Made by a program: the position numbers and the translations under genes. The notes under the pieces are model-generated. The model was not told where the DNA came from. It saw only the letters and a program-made list of their open reading frames with translations, and did not search any database. Below are positions 46,981-58,031 of a stretch of 64,000 bases of DNA, piece after piece (position 1 is the stretch's first letter; the number at the start of each line of letters is the position of its first letter). Location: NCBI GenBank assembly GCA_963744305.1, contig CAVUTF010000016.1, positions 4,459 through 68,458 of the forward strand, in the 5' to 3' direction. The stretch is from an uncultured Gammaproteobacteria bacterium. Lineage in GTDB: Bacteria > Pseudomonadota > Gammaproteobacteria > Steroidobacterales > Rariloculaceae.

Positions 46981-48923
46981 TCACGGCAATGCCAACGCCA
47001 CGAGCTCGGCCGGATGCTCGGGCCCTCCGACGGGCACGACGACATACTGCCGGCCGTCGTGCAGATACGTCATCGGCGTGCCGTTCGCACCGGCACCCAA
47101 ATCGATCTCCCAAAGCTTGTCGGCCGGTCGCCTTGTCCAACGCCTTGAACATCGTGCCGCCGGCGCCCGGCGGTGTGCGCGGCGTGCCCGCGTCGCCTTC
47201 GGTCACGAACAGCAATGTCTTCGTCACGATCGCTCCCGAAGGCACGGCTTCGCCGAGCGGCGGAAGATCGAGCGCGCGCAGATCGGGGTGATCGCGCGGC
47301 CCATCGCCGTTCGGCACCATCCACGCAATTTCGCCGCGATTGAGATCGAGCGCGGTGATTCGGCCGTACGGCGGCTTAACGAGCGGCAGACCTCGGGGTC
47401 CTTGGAGCAGCGGCCGCGCGCCCGCGCGGTAGCGCAGGTTCGTTTGCGCGGAATCGCCTTTCACCAAGTCGGCGACGAACGGCACCGTGCGTGAGGGCAC
47501 GTAAAGCATGCCGGTCTCCGGATCGAAAGCCGCCCCGAGCCAACTCGGCCCGCCGGTGGCTCCGACCACCTGGATCGTGCCGAGCTTCGCGCCGGGCCCG
47601 TCGCCGCGGATCGACGGCGGCGTGAACTGCGGCCCGATGACGTACTTCTTGACGAGCTCGACGCGCCTCCGCGCGCAGCTCGGGCGTGAAGTCGATCAGA
47701 TCGTCGATCGCGAGACCTTGCCGCTCGATCGCCGGCGGCTTCGTCGGGAACGGCTGCGTCGGCGACGCGGTCTCGCCGGGCACGGTGGAGGCGGGCACGG
47801 CTCGTTCCTCGATCGGCCACACGGGCTCGCCGGTTGCCCGATCGAGCACGAACACGAAACTCTGCTTCGTGAGTTGCGCGAGCGCTTTGATGTTGCGGCC
47901 GCCGACGGTGATGTCGATCAGAATCGGCGCCGCGGGCAAGTCGTAGTCGAAGAGATCGTGGTGCACGGTTTGGAAGTGCCAAACGCGTTTGCCGGTTTTC
48001 GCATCGAGACAAACCACGGAGCTCGTATAGAGGTTGTCGCCCAGGCGGTGGCCGCCGTACATGTCGTTGGTCGGGCTCGACGTCGGCAGGTACACGAGCC
48101 CGAGCGCTTCGTCCGCGCTCATCATCGTCCAGACGTTGCCCGCGCCGGTGTAGCGCCAGGAGTCGTTCTCCCACGTTTCCGTCGCGGGATCGCCGGCGCG
48201 CGGGATCGGATGAAACGTCCACCGCAGCTCGCCCGTGCGGACGTCGTAAGCGCGCACGTCGCCCGGCACGCCTTCCATGTTCGCGGCGGAGTCTTGCTCG
48301 AGCATCGATGACCCGACGACGACGACGTCGCCTGCAACGAGCGGAACGCCGGCCGAGTGATAGCGATACCCCGCTAAGCTGAGATCGACCTTGCCGCCGT
48401 CGCCGAAAGTTTCATGAGCCTCCCCGGTGCGCGGATCGAGCGCGAACAGATACTGCTGCCGCACCGTGAGCAGCCGCGCTTCGGAACCTTCGCTCCAGTA
48501 GGCGACGCCTTTGCTGATCTGCAGCGACGGCAACCCTTCCGGCCCCGGCACGAGCGGGCGCTGGGTCCAAAGCGTTCGTCCGGTCGCAGGATCGATGGCC
48601 TCGGCCAACCCGAACCCGTTCGTCACGTAGAGCACGCCGTCGACCATGATCGGCGTCGCCATGTACCGGTTCGAGGGCTTGAGCTCGGGGTTGGCTGCGA
48701 GCAGCGCACGGTCCACGTGCGGATGGCGCCACGCGACGGCCAGCTTTGCGACATTGGCTTTGTCGATCTGATCGAGCGACGAGTATCTCGTCGAGCCGCT
48801 ATCCGCCGAGTAGTGGCGCCACTGCTGCGCGACCTGCGCACTCGCCGTGATCGCGAATAGCGCGCCGGCGAGAACGCCCGGTATCGTCGCCAGCCGCTCG
48901 ATCCGTCTCGACATCGCCTGCAT
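46981..48923 (-). CDS. PQQ-dependent dehydrogenase (quinoprotein, glucose/quinate dehydrogenase-like propeller); two apparent frameshifts (about 47665 and about 47125)
   Basis: Signal peptide. Repeated D..TG...W propeller motifs (AIDPATGRTLW, AYDVRTGELRW, CLDAKTGKRVWHFQTVHHDLFDYD, VLDRATGEPVW, ALDLNRGEIAW, ALDKATG..LWEIDL). The reconstructed C-terminus ..GANGTPMTYLHDGRQYVVVPVGG..LALP stops at TGA 46981-46983, 10 nt before the next gene. Confidence 0.8.
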
Positions 48924-48985
48924 TCCTTCTTCTTATCCTCGCCGCAGGCACTATAGTATCGTCCGGCACGCTCCGGGAGGCGCTC

Positions 48986-49720
48986 ATGAGGCACGGGCGG
49001 ATCGCAGTCACGCTGTTGCTTGGCGTTGTCGTGGGCATTTTCGCTACGAGACTCCTGCGGCAAGACAGCGTCGACGAAGCAGTGGAGATCGGCGCGCGCA
49101 GCGAGCGCGCCACGGCGACGACCGTTTCGCGGGCTCGTTTCGACTTGCCTCTCGAGCGGCCGGCCGGTGTGTCCGAGCGAGCGCAAGTGTACGACTTCGC
49201 AACTCGAGCGAACCTCGCGACGCTCGAGAGCGCAATCGACGAGGCGCTCGGCTCACCGCCGTCGTCGCAACGGCAGTTCGTGCTTGCTGCATTCACTGCC
49301 CGCGCCGCGGAGATCGATCCGGAAGACGCTCTCGAGTTGCTGCGTTCTTTGAATCTCGACTCACGCACCGCACGTGCATTGGGGTTGGTGGTGCTCGACG
49401 CGCTGCCGGCCAACTCCGGCAGCATCGCTTCGGTGATCGCTGCGTTGCCGCAGATGGATGCCCAGCGTTTCGAGATCGAGGCGCTCGCGCAGCTCGCCGC
49501 CGCAGCTCCCGACCGCGCGCTCAAGATTGCGCTCGCAATCGACGACGAGGCGCAACGCGTCGCGGCCGCGAGGGAGGTCGCGCGGATCTGGGCGGAGCAA
49601 GATCCGCAGGCCGCGCTCGTGCAGGGCGAAAGCATCGAAGACGACGACCTGCGCATGGAGTTCGCCGTCGCGGCGTTGCGTGAGCTTGCGCACGCCGACA
49701 TCGTCGCGGCGCTCGCTTAG
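48986..49720 (+). CDS. TM-anchored alpha-helical repeat protein, N-terminal part (ends at an in-frame TAG)
   Basis: TM helix IAVTLLLGVVVGIFATRLL. Degenerate helical repeats of the type ..A..WA..DP.AAL... The same frame continues after TAG 49718-49720. Confidence 0.55.
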   Translation: MRHGRIAVTLLLGVVVGIFATRLLRQDSVDEAVEIGARSERATATTVSRARFDLPLERPAGVSERAQVYDFATRANLATLESAIDEALGSPPSSQRQFVLAAFTARAAEIDPEDALELLRSLNLDSRTARALGLVVLDALPANSGSIASVIAALPQMDAQRFEIEALAQLAAAAPDRALKIALAIDDEAQRVAAAREVARIWAEQDPQAALVQGESIEDDDLRMEFAVAALRELAHADIVAALA

Positions 49721-49789
49721 GTCGAGGATCACCACGCCGACGGAACCCAAGAGCGCGCACGGCTCGTTCGCGTCGTTGTCGAGGAAACC

Positions 49790-50956
49790 GTGCAGACGGA
49801 TCCCGCACGCGCGCTCGGGCTCGCGGGCCGGATCGGCGGCCAGGCCGCGTTGCAGCTCCAGTGGCAGGCCATCGAACGGCTCGCTCGGCAGGATCCGCAC
49901 GCGGCGTTCGCGTATACCGAAAGCCTTGCGCCAGGCACTCAACGGAAAAACTTGCGCGACATCGTCGCACGCACGTTCGGGCAGCGCGATCCGGACGCGG
50001 CGCTCGCGTGGGTGGCGTCGTTTCCTCCGCCCGCTACGGATCTGCAGAAGAGCGTGCTCGACGGCGTCGCGCGCGTCGATCCACTACGTGCGATCGAGCT
50101 CTCGATCGCGTCTGATGCTCCCCGTCCGCCGTATGCAGGTGGGTTCCAGAACTTCGGTCTGATCAATGCCGCCTTTACGAGCGTTGCGACGCACCAGGTG
50201 CCGCGCGCCGCGATTGCCGAGCGCGTGCTCGCGATCGACGATGCGAAAACGCGCGAGGAGTGGGCGCAAAGCGTTGCGGGAGTCTGGGCGCGCGTTGACG
50301 CTCGGGCGGCCGTCGATTGGCTCGTCGCCAATCACGAGCGCGTAGGCAAAGCCGCATACAGCAGCGCGGCCCAAGGCATTGCACAGACCGACCCGACGGC
50401 AGGATTGCGTTACGGCAACCAGCTCCCGGCCGAGGTTCGCGACTCGTGGGTGGACGGCGTCGCGAGCATGGCCGCGATGAACGATCCGTCGGGCGCCGCC
50501 GAGTGGCTCGCGCAGTTCCGCGGCGAGCCGGTGTACGAGCGCGCCGCGAGCGCCGTCGTGCGCGCTGCGGCGCAAAGGGGCGATCCGGTACAGGTCTCGA
50601 CCTTGTTTGCGACGCTGCCCGAAGCCGAGCAGGTGCGATCGGCGGCCGCGCTCGGCGCGGCGTGGGCGCACCGCGATCTGGACGCGGGGACGCGCTGGGC
50701 ACTGAGCCTGCCGGCCGGGGCGGTGCGCGACGCAGCGCTCACCGGGGTGGTCGGAGCCGGTGATCGCATGCCGGATCCGGCGACGCTTGCGCTGTTCGGC
50801 ACGCGCGAGGCGCGCGAAGCGGCGCTCGTCAACGTCGTGCGGCGCATCGCCACGCGCGACGTCCCGCAAGCTCGCCGCTTGCTCGCCGAGCACATAACCG
50901 ATCCCGGCCTGCGCGCACGCATCGAGCACGAAATCCAGCAAATGAACCGTCGCTAG
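49790..50956 (+). CDS. alpha-helical (HEAT/ARM-like) repeat protein, C-terminal part or separate gene
   Basis: Same frame as 48986..49720 and the same repeat type (RDPDAALAWV, VDARAAVDWL, NDPSGAAEWL, RDLDAGTRWAL). Confidence 0.55.
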   Translation: MQTDPARALGLAGRIGGQAALQLQWQAIERLARQDPHAAFAYTESLAPGTQRKNLRDIVARTFGQRDPDAALAWVASFPPPATDLQKSVLDGVARVDPLRAIELSIASDAPRPPYAGGFQNFGLINAAFTSVATHQVPRAAIAERVLAIDDAKTREEWAQSVAGVWARVDARAAVDWLVANHERVGKAAYSSAAQGIAQTDPTAGLRYGNQLPAEVRDSWVDGVASMAAMNDPSGAAEWLAQFRGEPVYERAASAVVRAAAQRGDPVQVSTLFATLPEAEQVRSAAALGAAWAHRDLDAGTRWALSLPAGAVRDAALTGVVGAGDRMPDPATLALFGTREAREAALVNVVRRIATRDVPQARRLLAEHITDPGLRARIEHEIQQMNRR

Positions 50957-51074
50957 GCATCGACCCGCGAGGTCGCTCGCTCGCCCCAAAGTCGCATAGG
51001 ATTGGGCGAGCCGCTCGCGCGCGCATGACAATTAGATAGGTGATCGTCGCCGCGGGGTGTACCCTGACCGATAG

Positions 51075-53442
51075 ATGCCTTCTATCCCCCATGCTCCACC
51101 TCACCAGGACACCCGACGCGCGCAGCGCGGTAGCGCAGACTACCGGCTGCAGGCCTTGCCGAGCGACTCGGTCGACGTTGAGATCCCGGTAGCGTTCGTC
51201 GGCACGTACGGTCCGCGTCGTTGCGGAATCGCTACCTTTACTGGCGATCTCGCCCGTGCTGTTGCTGCCGATGAACGGCGCGTGCTCCCGATGGTGCTGG
51301 CCGTCACCGAACCTGGCGGCCAGTACCAGTATCCGGCCGAGGTCCAGTTTGAGATTCGGCAACACGTCAAGGCCGACTACGCGCGCGCTGCCGAGTTCGT
51401 GAACTACAGTCGCGTGCGCTTGGTTTGCATCCAGCACGAGTACGGCATCTTCGGCGGCGACGACGGCGGCTATATCCTCGATTTCGTGCACGCGTTGCGG
51501 GTGCCCGCCATCGTTACGCTGCACACCGTCCTCAAGCACCCGTCCGACAATCAAGCGGCGATCGTGCGCAAACTGGCCGCGGAATGCATGCAGCTCGTGG
51601 TGATGAGCCAGGTCGCCAAGGATCTTCTCGCAAGCTCGTACGGCGTCGGCGATCGGAGCGTGCGGATCATCCCGCACGGCATTCCGGTCATGGATCGCCA
51701 ACCCGATCAACAAGCTCTGAAAGCCAAATTCGGTGTGGCTGACCGGCGGGTGCTTTTGACGTTCGGCTTGCTGAGCCCGAACAAAGGCATCGAGACGGTG
51801 ATTCGAGCCCTACCTGCAGTGGTCCGGAGCTTCCCCGATCTCATCTACTTCGTAGTGGGTGCCACCCATCCGGTGATCCTGCGGCGCGAGGGCGAAGCCT
51901 ATCGAACGATGCTGGAGCGCGAAGCGGAGAAACTCGGCGTGCGCGAGCATCTGGTGTTTCGCGGGCAGTTCGTCTCGGCCGACGAGCTGCGGCAGTATCT
52001 GCAGGCCGCCGATATCTTCGTGAGCCCGTATCTCAATGAAGCACAGGTCACGAGCGGCGCGCTGTCATATGCGATGGGTGCCGGAGCCGCGGTGGTATCG
52101 ACGCCTTATTGGCATGCGCAGGAGTTGCTTTCGGGCCGGCGCGGCTGTTTGTTTCCTTTCAAAGATCACGCTGCTCTTAGCCGCATGCTGCTCGAGTTGC
52201 TCGGCTCGCCCGCGGAGCTCCGACGCGTGCGTGACGCCGCGTTTGCGTTTGCGCATTCGATGGCGTGGCCGCGAATCGGCGATGTCTATTTCGAGGTCAT
52301 CGGCCACACGCTGCGAGCTTCCACACAGCGGCGTGTGCCGAACGCATTGAGGGAGCCTGCGCCTGCGAGCAGCTTGCCGGAGCTGTGCCTGGATCACTTG
52401 CTGCGAATGACCGACGACACCGGCATCGTCCAGCATGCAACATACAGCGTGCCGGCGCGGCGCACCGGCTATTGCGTCGACGACAACGCGCGGGCACTGA
52501 TCGTGGCCGTGCACGCCGATCGTATGCAGGGCTCGGCGGACACGCGTGCGCTCGTCACGACGTACTTGAGCTATCTGCACGGCTCACAAGAGCCGGACGG
52601 AACCTTTCGTAATTTCATGAGCTACGAACGAGCTCTCGAAGCGGCTCCGCCGTCGGATGATTGCATCGGGCGCGCAGTCTGGGCTTTGGGCGTTGCCTCC
52701 GAGCTTGCCGAGGACCAAGGTTGTCGGCTGCTCGCGCGCGACATGATCGGGCGCGCGCTCCCGCACGTGCGCGCGCTTGGACCGCGTGGCACCGCGCAAG
52801 CCATCCTGGGTCTCGTAAGTCTTCTCGCCGTCGACGGCGCCGCCGAGCTACGCACCCTGCTCGACGCCTTGGTTGCAAAACTCAAGGAGTGCTATCGAAC
52901 GAACGCGACTGACGACTGGCGCTGGTTCGAGGCCACGCTCACCTACGACAATGCCATTCTGCCGCTCGCGCTGTTTGCCGCGTACGGTGTGACGAGCGAT
53001 CGGGCCACGCTGCGCGATGCGCGCGAGTCGCTCGAGTTTCTCGAAGACGTTTGCTTCCACGGCGATCGTCTACAGTTGGTGGGTAATACCGGTTGGCACA
53101 GCTTGGGTGGCGAGAAACCGTGCGCGGATGAGCAGGCCATCGATGCAGCCGCGTTCGTGCTCGCGTTCCGCTGTGCTTACGCGGTCACCGCAAGATCGGC
53201 ACTATCTACGACGGATGCGCGAAGCCTTTGCATGGTTCCTCGGCGCCAACCGCTTGGGCGTTCCGTTGTACGACTTCGAAACCGGCGGCTGTCGCGACGG
53301 CATGGGCGTGGCGCACGTCAATGAAAATCAAGGTGCCGAAAGCACGATCTGCTTCTTGATGTCTCTGCTCAAGATGCTCGAGCTGGCCGGCGAAGAGCTC
53401 GATCGCGACGCTGCCCATGAGGTCTCCGCTCACTCCCGATGA
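51075..53442 (+). CDS. GT4 glycosyltransferase fused to a C-terminal alpha/alpha-toroid-like domain; apparent frameshift near 53190
   Basis: GT4 blocks GIATFTGDL, LLTFGLLSPNKG, FVSPYLNEAQVTSGALSYAMGAG. The C-domain carries YCVDDNARAL. The C-terminus DRHYLRRMREAFAWFLG..NENQGAESTICFL lies in track ORF 53017..53442. The stop overlaps the next ATG (ATGA). Confidence 0.75.
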
Positions 53443-54924
53443 AACCCATCCCGATTACACGGACACGGCATCGCCTGTTGCCGGACGCAAGGCGCGTGCT
53501 CGCGAAGCCCTATCTGCCCGGCGAAGAGACGCTCCTGCCCGGTCAACCACGAGCCCATCTGCTGATAGAGCGAATATTGGCTATTCCGGAAGATCAGGTA
53601 AAAACGCTGAATGCGCAGATTCTGCAGCGCTTCGGCGGCCGTCATCGCGGCTTCACTGAGGTGCTGGAGCGTCAGTTCGAGGGGGTCGCGCACCACATAG
53701 CCAATGCCGCTGCGGTATCCGCGGCCCGCCGCCTGCTCATCGGCGCTTATTTCACGCATGAATTTGCGATAGAGGCCGCTGCGCTCTTCAACCCTTCAAT
53801 CGTGCCCGCGCCCGACCAGAGCGGCCTAACGACTGGCTCGAAGCGTTTCGTGATGAGCTTGCGTGCGGTCGGCGAAGGACACTTGTCGTCGATCGAGTTC
53901 CGTACTGGGGTGCTCGACGCCGACGGGGGCGTCACGATCGAGGACGTCGGAACGCAATTAGTCGGCGGCCGGCGGTCGCCGCCTCGGCAGTTCGACAAAC
54001 TGCATTTCAGCACCAAGTTGTTGGAGCTCGGCGCAACCAACGAGCTGTCGACCGGCGTTCTGCAGCGTCTCAACGCCAAGTTCACACTCGAGGAGCTCGA
54101 AGCGTCTTTGATCGCGCTCGAGGCAGCACGGACCACCCCCGGCGATCTGGTTCGAAACGGTCAAGATCATTCGGGTGCTGGCGTCGTCGAACTACGTAAC
54201 CACTTTCCCTGCGGACTCGCAGCTTGCCGAACGAGTGATTTTTCCCGCCGGACCGAACGAAACGCGCGGGATGGAAGACGCGCGGTTCGTGCTCTTCACG
54301 GCGGCTGACGGCAGCGCCAGGTACTACGCGACCTACACGGCGTACGACGGTTTTTCGATCCTGCCGCAGCTGATCGAGACCGAAGACTTCGTGCGTTTCA
54401 CGATCTCCACGTTGAATGGCGCGGCTGCGCAGAATAAAGGCATGGCGCTATTCCCGCGTCCTATCGACGGCAAGTACGTCATGTTGTCGCGCAAGGATCG
54501 TGAGAATTTGCATCTTTCGATCTCGAGCGACGTGCACCACTGGGACGACGTGACCGAGCTTTACCGCCCACAGCACCCATGGGAGATGCTACAAATCGGT
54601 AACTGCGGCTCGCCGATCGAAACGGAAGCCGGTTGGTTGGTGCTCACGCACGGTGTCGGGCCGATGCGCCGCTACGCCATCGGCGCCTTGTTGCTGGACC
54701 TCCACGATCCGCAACGCGTGCTCGGCCATCTGTCCGAACCGCTGATCGAGCCCGACGAGGACGAACGCGAAGGGTATGTGCCGAATGTCGTGTATACCTG
54801 CGGCGCGATTCTGCATGCTGGCCAACTCATCGTGCCGTACGGTTTTTCGGATTCCGGAGTGGCCATCGCGCGCTTGGCGCTTCCCGATGTGCTCGAGGCG
54901 TTGCTCTCGAGCCGGCGTTCCTAG
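53439..54924 (+). CDS. GH130-like glycosidase/phosphorylase with N-terminal extension; frame broken in C5 run 54136-54140
   Basis: Blocks GMEDARF, NKGMALFPRPIDGKYVMLSR, GNCGSPIETEAGWLVLTHGVG, YAIGALLLDLHDP, GYVPNVVYTCGA (track ORF 54175..54924), preceded by track ORF 53439..54308. Confidence 0.75.
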
Positions 54925-55233
54925 TCGAGAGTCGCTCGGTCGCGCTCGACTAAGTCCTGCACATCAGCGAGAGCTCGGATTCACACAGAAACTGCTGTTG
55001 GAAATCGGCGACCAGAACCGCTACACGCAGTCTATATCCGCGCTCAAGGCGACCCTTGTTGGAGATCTCGCGCTCGTGCTGTCATACACGATCAAGCACA
55101 ACTCCGACGTGCTGCCCGGCATCGAAAAGACCGACACGTTCACGGCCATCTCGTTGGAATACGGTTTCTAGGGCACTAGCCGGTTTTGCGTTGCACGCCG
55201 AATTCCGCGTAGTCTTGCCCCCGGAGTTCCACC

Positions 55234-55984
55234 ATGAGCACCGAGACCGTCCTCGTTCGACCGACGCTCCAGCGGCGCCACCGCAGCGCCGTTCAGCCGA
55301 TTTATCTATTCACGGCGGTGTTGTTTCTCGTGACCGCCGTCGTCGGGTTCGGCCCGAGATCGGCCGCGATCGTCGCGGGTGCGATGCCAGTTCCGCCGCC
55401 GATAGTGCACGTCCACGCTGCCTTGATGGTCTCCTGGTTGCTGCTGCTCGTGACGCAGACGAGCCTCGCCGCGACCGGCAAGCTGCGGCTGCATCGCACG
55501 CTCGGCGCGATGTCGATGGGGCTCGCCGCCGCTTTGCTCGTGGTGCTGATCGCGACCGCCGTCGTGCGCTACGGCGACATTCACGGCGGCCGGCTTCGGT
55601 CCGTTTGCTTCGAATATTCTGCTCTTGCAGATCCGCTCTGCGGTGCTGTTTCCGGCGTTCTACCTTTGGGCAATCCTCGCGCGCAACACCGCACCGGAGA
55701 CGCACAAGCGGATGATGCTGCTCGCGACGCTCGTCCTGCTCGACGCGGCAATCGCGCGAATGGGGTGGTTGCCCGGCAACGACACCACCGTCAGCTACGA
55801 CACGACTCACGCCTACCTCTTGCTGCTGCTCTTGCCCGCCATTGCATACGACCTCCTGCACCTCGGCCGCGTGCACCGCGCGTACGTGATCGGCCTCGCG
55901 CTGTTGTTGCCGTGGGTCGTGGCGACGTCCTTTCTGTGGAACGAGCCGTGGTGGCACGAGACCGCCGCAAGGCTCATGAGCTAG
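55234..55984 (+). CDS. polytopic membrane protein, unknown function; apparent frameshift near 55585
   Basis: Several hydrophobic helices in track ORF 55234..56067 (first 115 aa), continuing as AAGFGPFASNILLLQIRSAVLFPAFYLWAIL.. in track ORF 55625..55984. Confidence 0.55.
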
Positions 55985-56063
55985 ATGGCCACGATCTACA
56001 GTTTGCTGACCACACCCTATGCGCCCTGAGCGGTGCCGGCTCGGCAGGCAAGCGGAGCAGAGC

Positions 56064-56507
56064 ATGACTAGACGAAAGACATCCCTCTCGGTTGCGACGA
56101 TCGTGGTGGCGTCAACTGCCATCGCGCAGATCAGCCTTGTCCCGGGGCGGTACGAGGTGACGGTCGAAATGCAGCTGCCGCAAGCCCCGGCGCCGATGAC
56201 ATTCAATAACACGGACTGCATCACTGCCGAGGACGCGCAGGACATTGCGGCCCTCATGACAAAGGAGATCGCGGCCTCGGACGAGGATTGCGAAATCTCC
56301 AACCTCGAGGTCACGAGCACCAAGATTGCATTCGACTCCATGTGCATCGTCGGCGGTGCTCCCGCAACGGGCCACGCGGATATCACGTTTGGAGCCGATT
56401 CGTGGGCCGGCGTCATGACGACGCGGATGGAAGGGGGCGCGACGTTGGCGGCCAAAATGAACGGCAAGCGGGTCGGCGAGTGCACCGGGGATGAGGACGA
56501 GGAGTAG
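56064..56507 (+). CDS. DUF3617-like exported protein
   Basis: ATG 56064 with a signal peptide. Spaced Cys pattern ..NTDCIT..DEDCEISN..DSMCIVGG..KRVGEC, as I recall for DUF3617. Confidence 0.55.
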   Translation: MTRRKTSLSVATIVVASTAIAQISLVPGRYEVTVEMQLPQAPAPMTFNNTDCITAEDAQDIAALMTKEIAASDEDCEISNLEVTSTKIAFDSMCIVGGAPATGHADITFGADSWAGVMTTRMEGGATLAAKMNGKRVGECTGDEDEE

Positions 56508-56537
56508 CCAACCAACGCGAGGCCAAACGGGGGAACG

Positions 56538-58031
56538 ATGCGATCTTGGCGAAGGTTTTTTCCAGCGGCAACAGTGATTGGCTATGCATGCGTCGCGTCG
56601 GTGGCGATCGCGCAGCCAACTCCTGCGCGCACACTGCTCGAGCAGGCGGCGGCGGCGATGGGCGGGCTCGAGCGGCTGCAAGGTCTCGACAACGTCGTCT
56701 TGACGGGTTTCGGCGAATATCTGAACCAGTCGGGCGGCGGCAATCCGTCACCCGATCCGCGCGCGCCCGCGAAATTGACGGTGGCGCACGACGTCGAGCG
56801 CGTGTTCGACCTCGCCAACGAGCGCGCGGTCAATCGTGCGCGCAGCGGCTCGCTGTTTCCGTTCGCGATCGAACGGCCTTGGGATCGCAACGCTCAAGTG
56901 CAGACCGGAGTCGCGATGCTCGACCATCCGCTGCCCGCGCTGCTCGAAGCGCTCGATCCCGAGACACGCCTCGGTCCGGTGCACACGGAGGACGGCCGCA
57001 CCGTCGTCGAGTTCACGATTCAGCAGGGCGCAACATTGTGGCTTGCGCTCGACCCGACGACGAAGCTTCCGGCGTGGGTTCGCTGGATCAGCCCGAGCAC
57101 CACGCTCGGCGACGTGGTAAACACGGCCTACTTCACGGGGTACTTACCATTCGATGACGTGTGGTTGCCGGTCGGGCTCACGACCGGCATCGATTGGCGC
57201 GATACGACGCTCGTGAACTTCCACGTGGATTCCTATCGCCTCGACGTCGATGATCTCGACCCGTTCCCCGAAACGCCGGCGGTGCAAGCGCCGGTACGAG
57301 AGGCGGAAGCGAAACGCGTCGCCGACAAAGTCTGGGACGTGCGCATCGGCGGCAATGGCGGCGCGGTCATCGAGTTCGCCGATCACCTCACGATGTTCGA
57401 GGCGTACAACAATGAGTACGACACGTTCGCGCGCATCGACCTCGCAAACACACTGGTGCCGGGCAAGCAGGTAACGGAGGTCATCGTCTCGCATCATCAC
57501 TTCGATCACAGTGGTGGGCTGCGCGCGGCAGTCGCACGCGGTCTCACCGTAATCGCGCGCCGCGGCAACGAGGGCATTTTCCGCGAGATGACCGCGCGGC
57601 CCGCGCCGAATTTTCCGGACGCGCTGGCGCGCAATCCGCAGCCGCTGAAGTTCGTGCCGGTGGATGACCACCTCGTGCTCGACGACGGCACGATGCGCGT
57701 GGACGTCTATCACGCCGTCGGCCATCTGCACATGGCGGAGGCGGTGTTCGCCTACATTCCGGGGCCGCGCATCTTCCTCGAGGGCGACTTCACCACGTTC
57801 GACTGGCACTGGAACTGGTGGGGCGGAGCGTACCTCGACAACGTTGATCGCTACGACCTCGATCCTGCGATCAACATCCCGGTGCACGGCATCGTTACGA
57901 CGTTCGACGAGACGATCGCGACGATCGAGAAGCAGGTGCAAAACGCGAAGGAGTACTGCGCGGCGAGCGCAGAACGTGGCGTTTATCCGGCAGGGTGCCC
58001 GGTCCAGTATTCACGCGATCGTAGGAACTGA
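56538..58031 (+). CDS. exported MBL-fold metallo-hydrolase with an N-terminal beta-rich domain
   Basis: Signal peptide MRSWRRFFPAATVIGYACVASVAIAQP. Motif VIVSHHHFDHSGGLRAA, with later HAVGH. Confidence 0.75.
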   Translation: MRSWRRFFPAATVIGYACVASVAIAQPTPARTLLEQAAAAMGGLERLQGLDNVVLTGFGEYLNQSGGGNPSPDPRAPAKLTVAHDVERVFDLANERAVNRARSGSLFPFAIERPWDRNAQVQTGVAMLDHPLPALLEALDPETRLGPVHTEDGRTVVEFTIQQGATLWLALDPTTKLPAWVRWISPSTTLGDVVNTAYFTGYLPFDDVWLPVGLTTGIDWRDTTLVNFHVDSYRLDVDDLDPFPETPAVQAPVREAEAKRVADKVWDVRIGGNGGAVIEFADHLTMFEAYNNEYDTFARIDLANTLVPGKQVTEVIVSHHHFDHSGGLRAAVARGLTVIARRGNEGIFREMTARPAPNFPDALARNPQPLKFVPVDDHLVLDDGTMRVDVYHAVGHLHMAEAVFAYIPGPRIFLEGDFTTFDWHWNWWGGAYLDNVDRYDLDPAINIPVHGIVTTFDETIATIEKQVQNAKEYCAASAERGVYPAGCPVQYSRDRRN

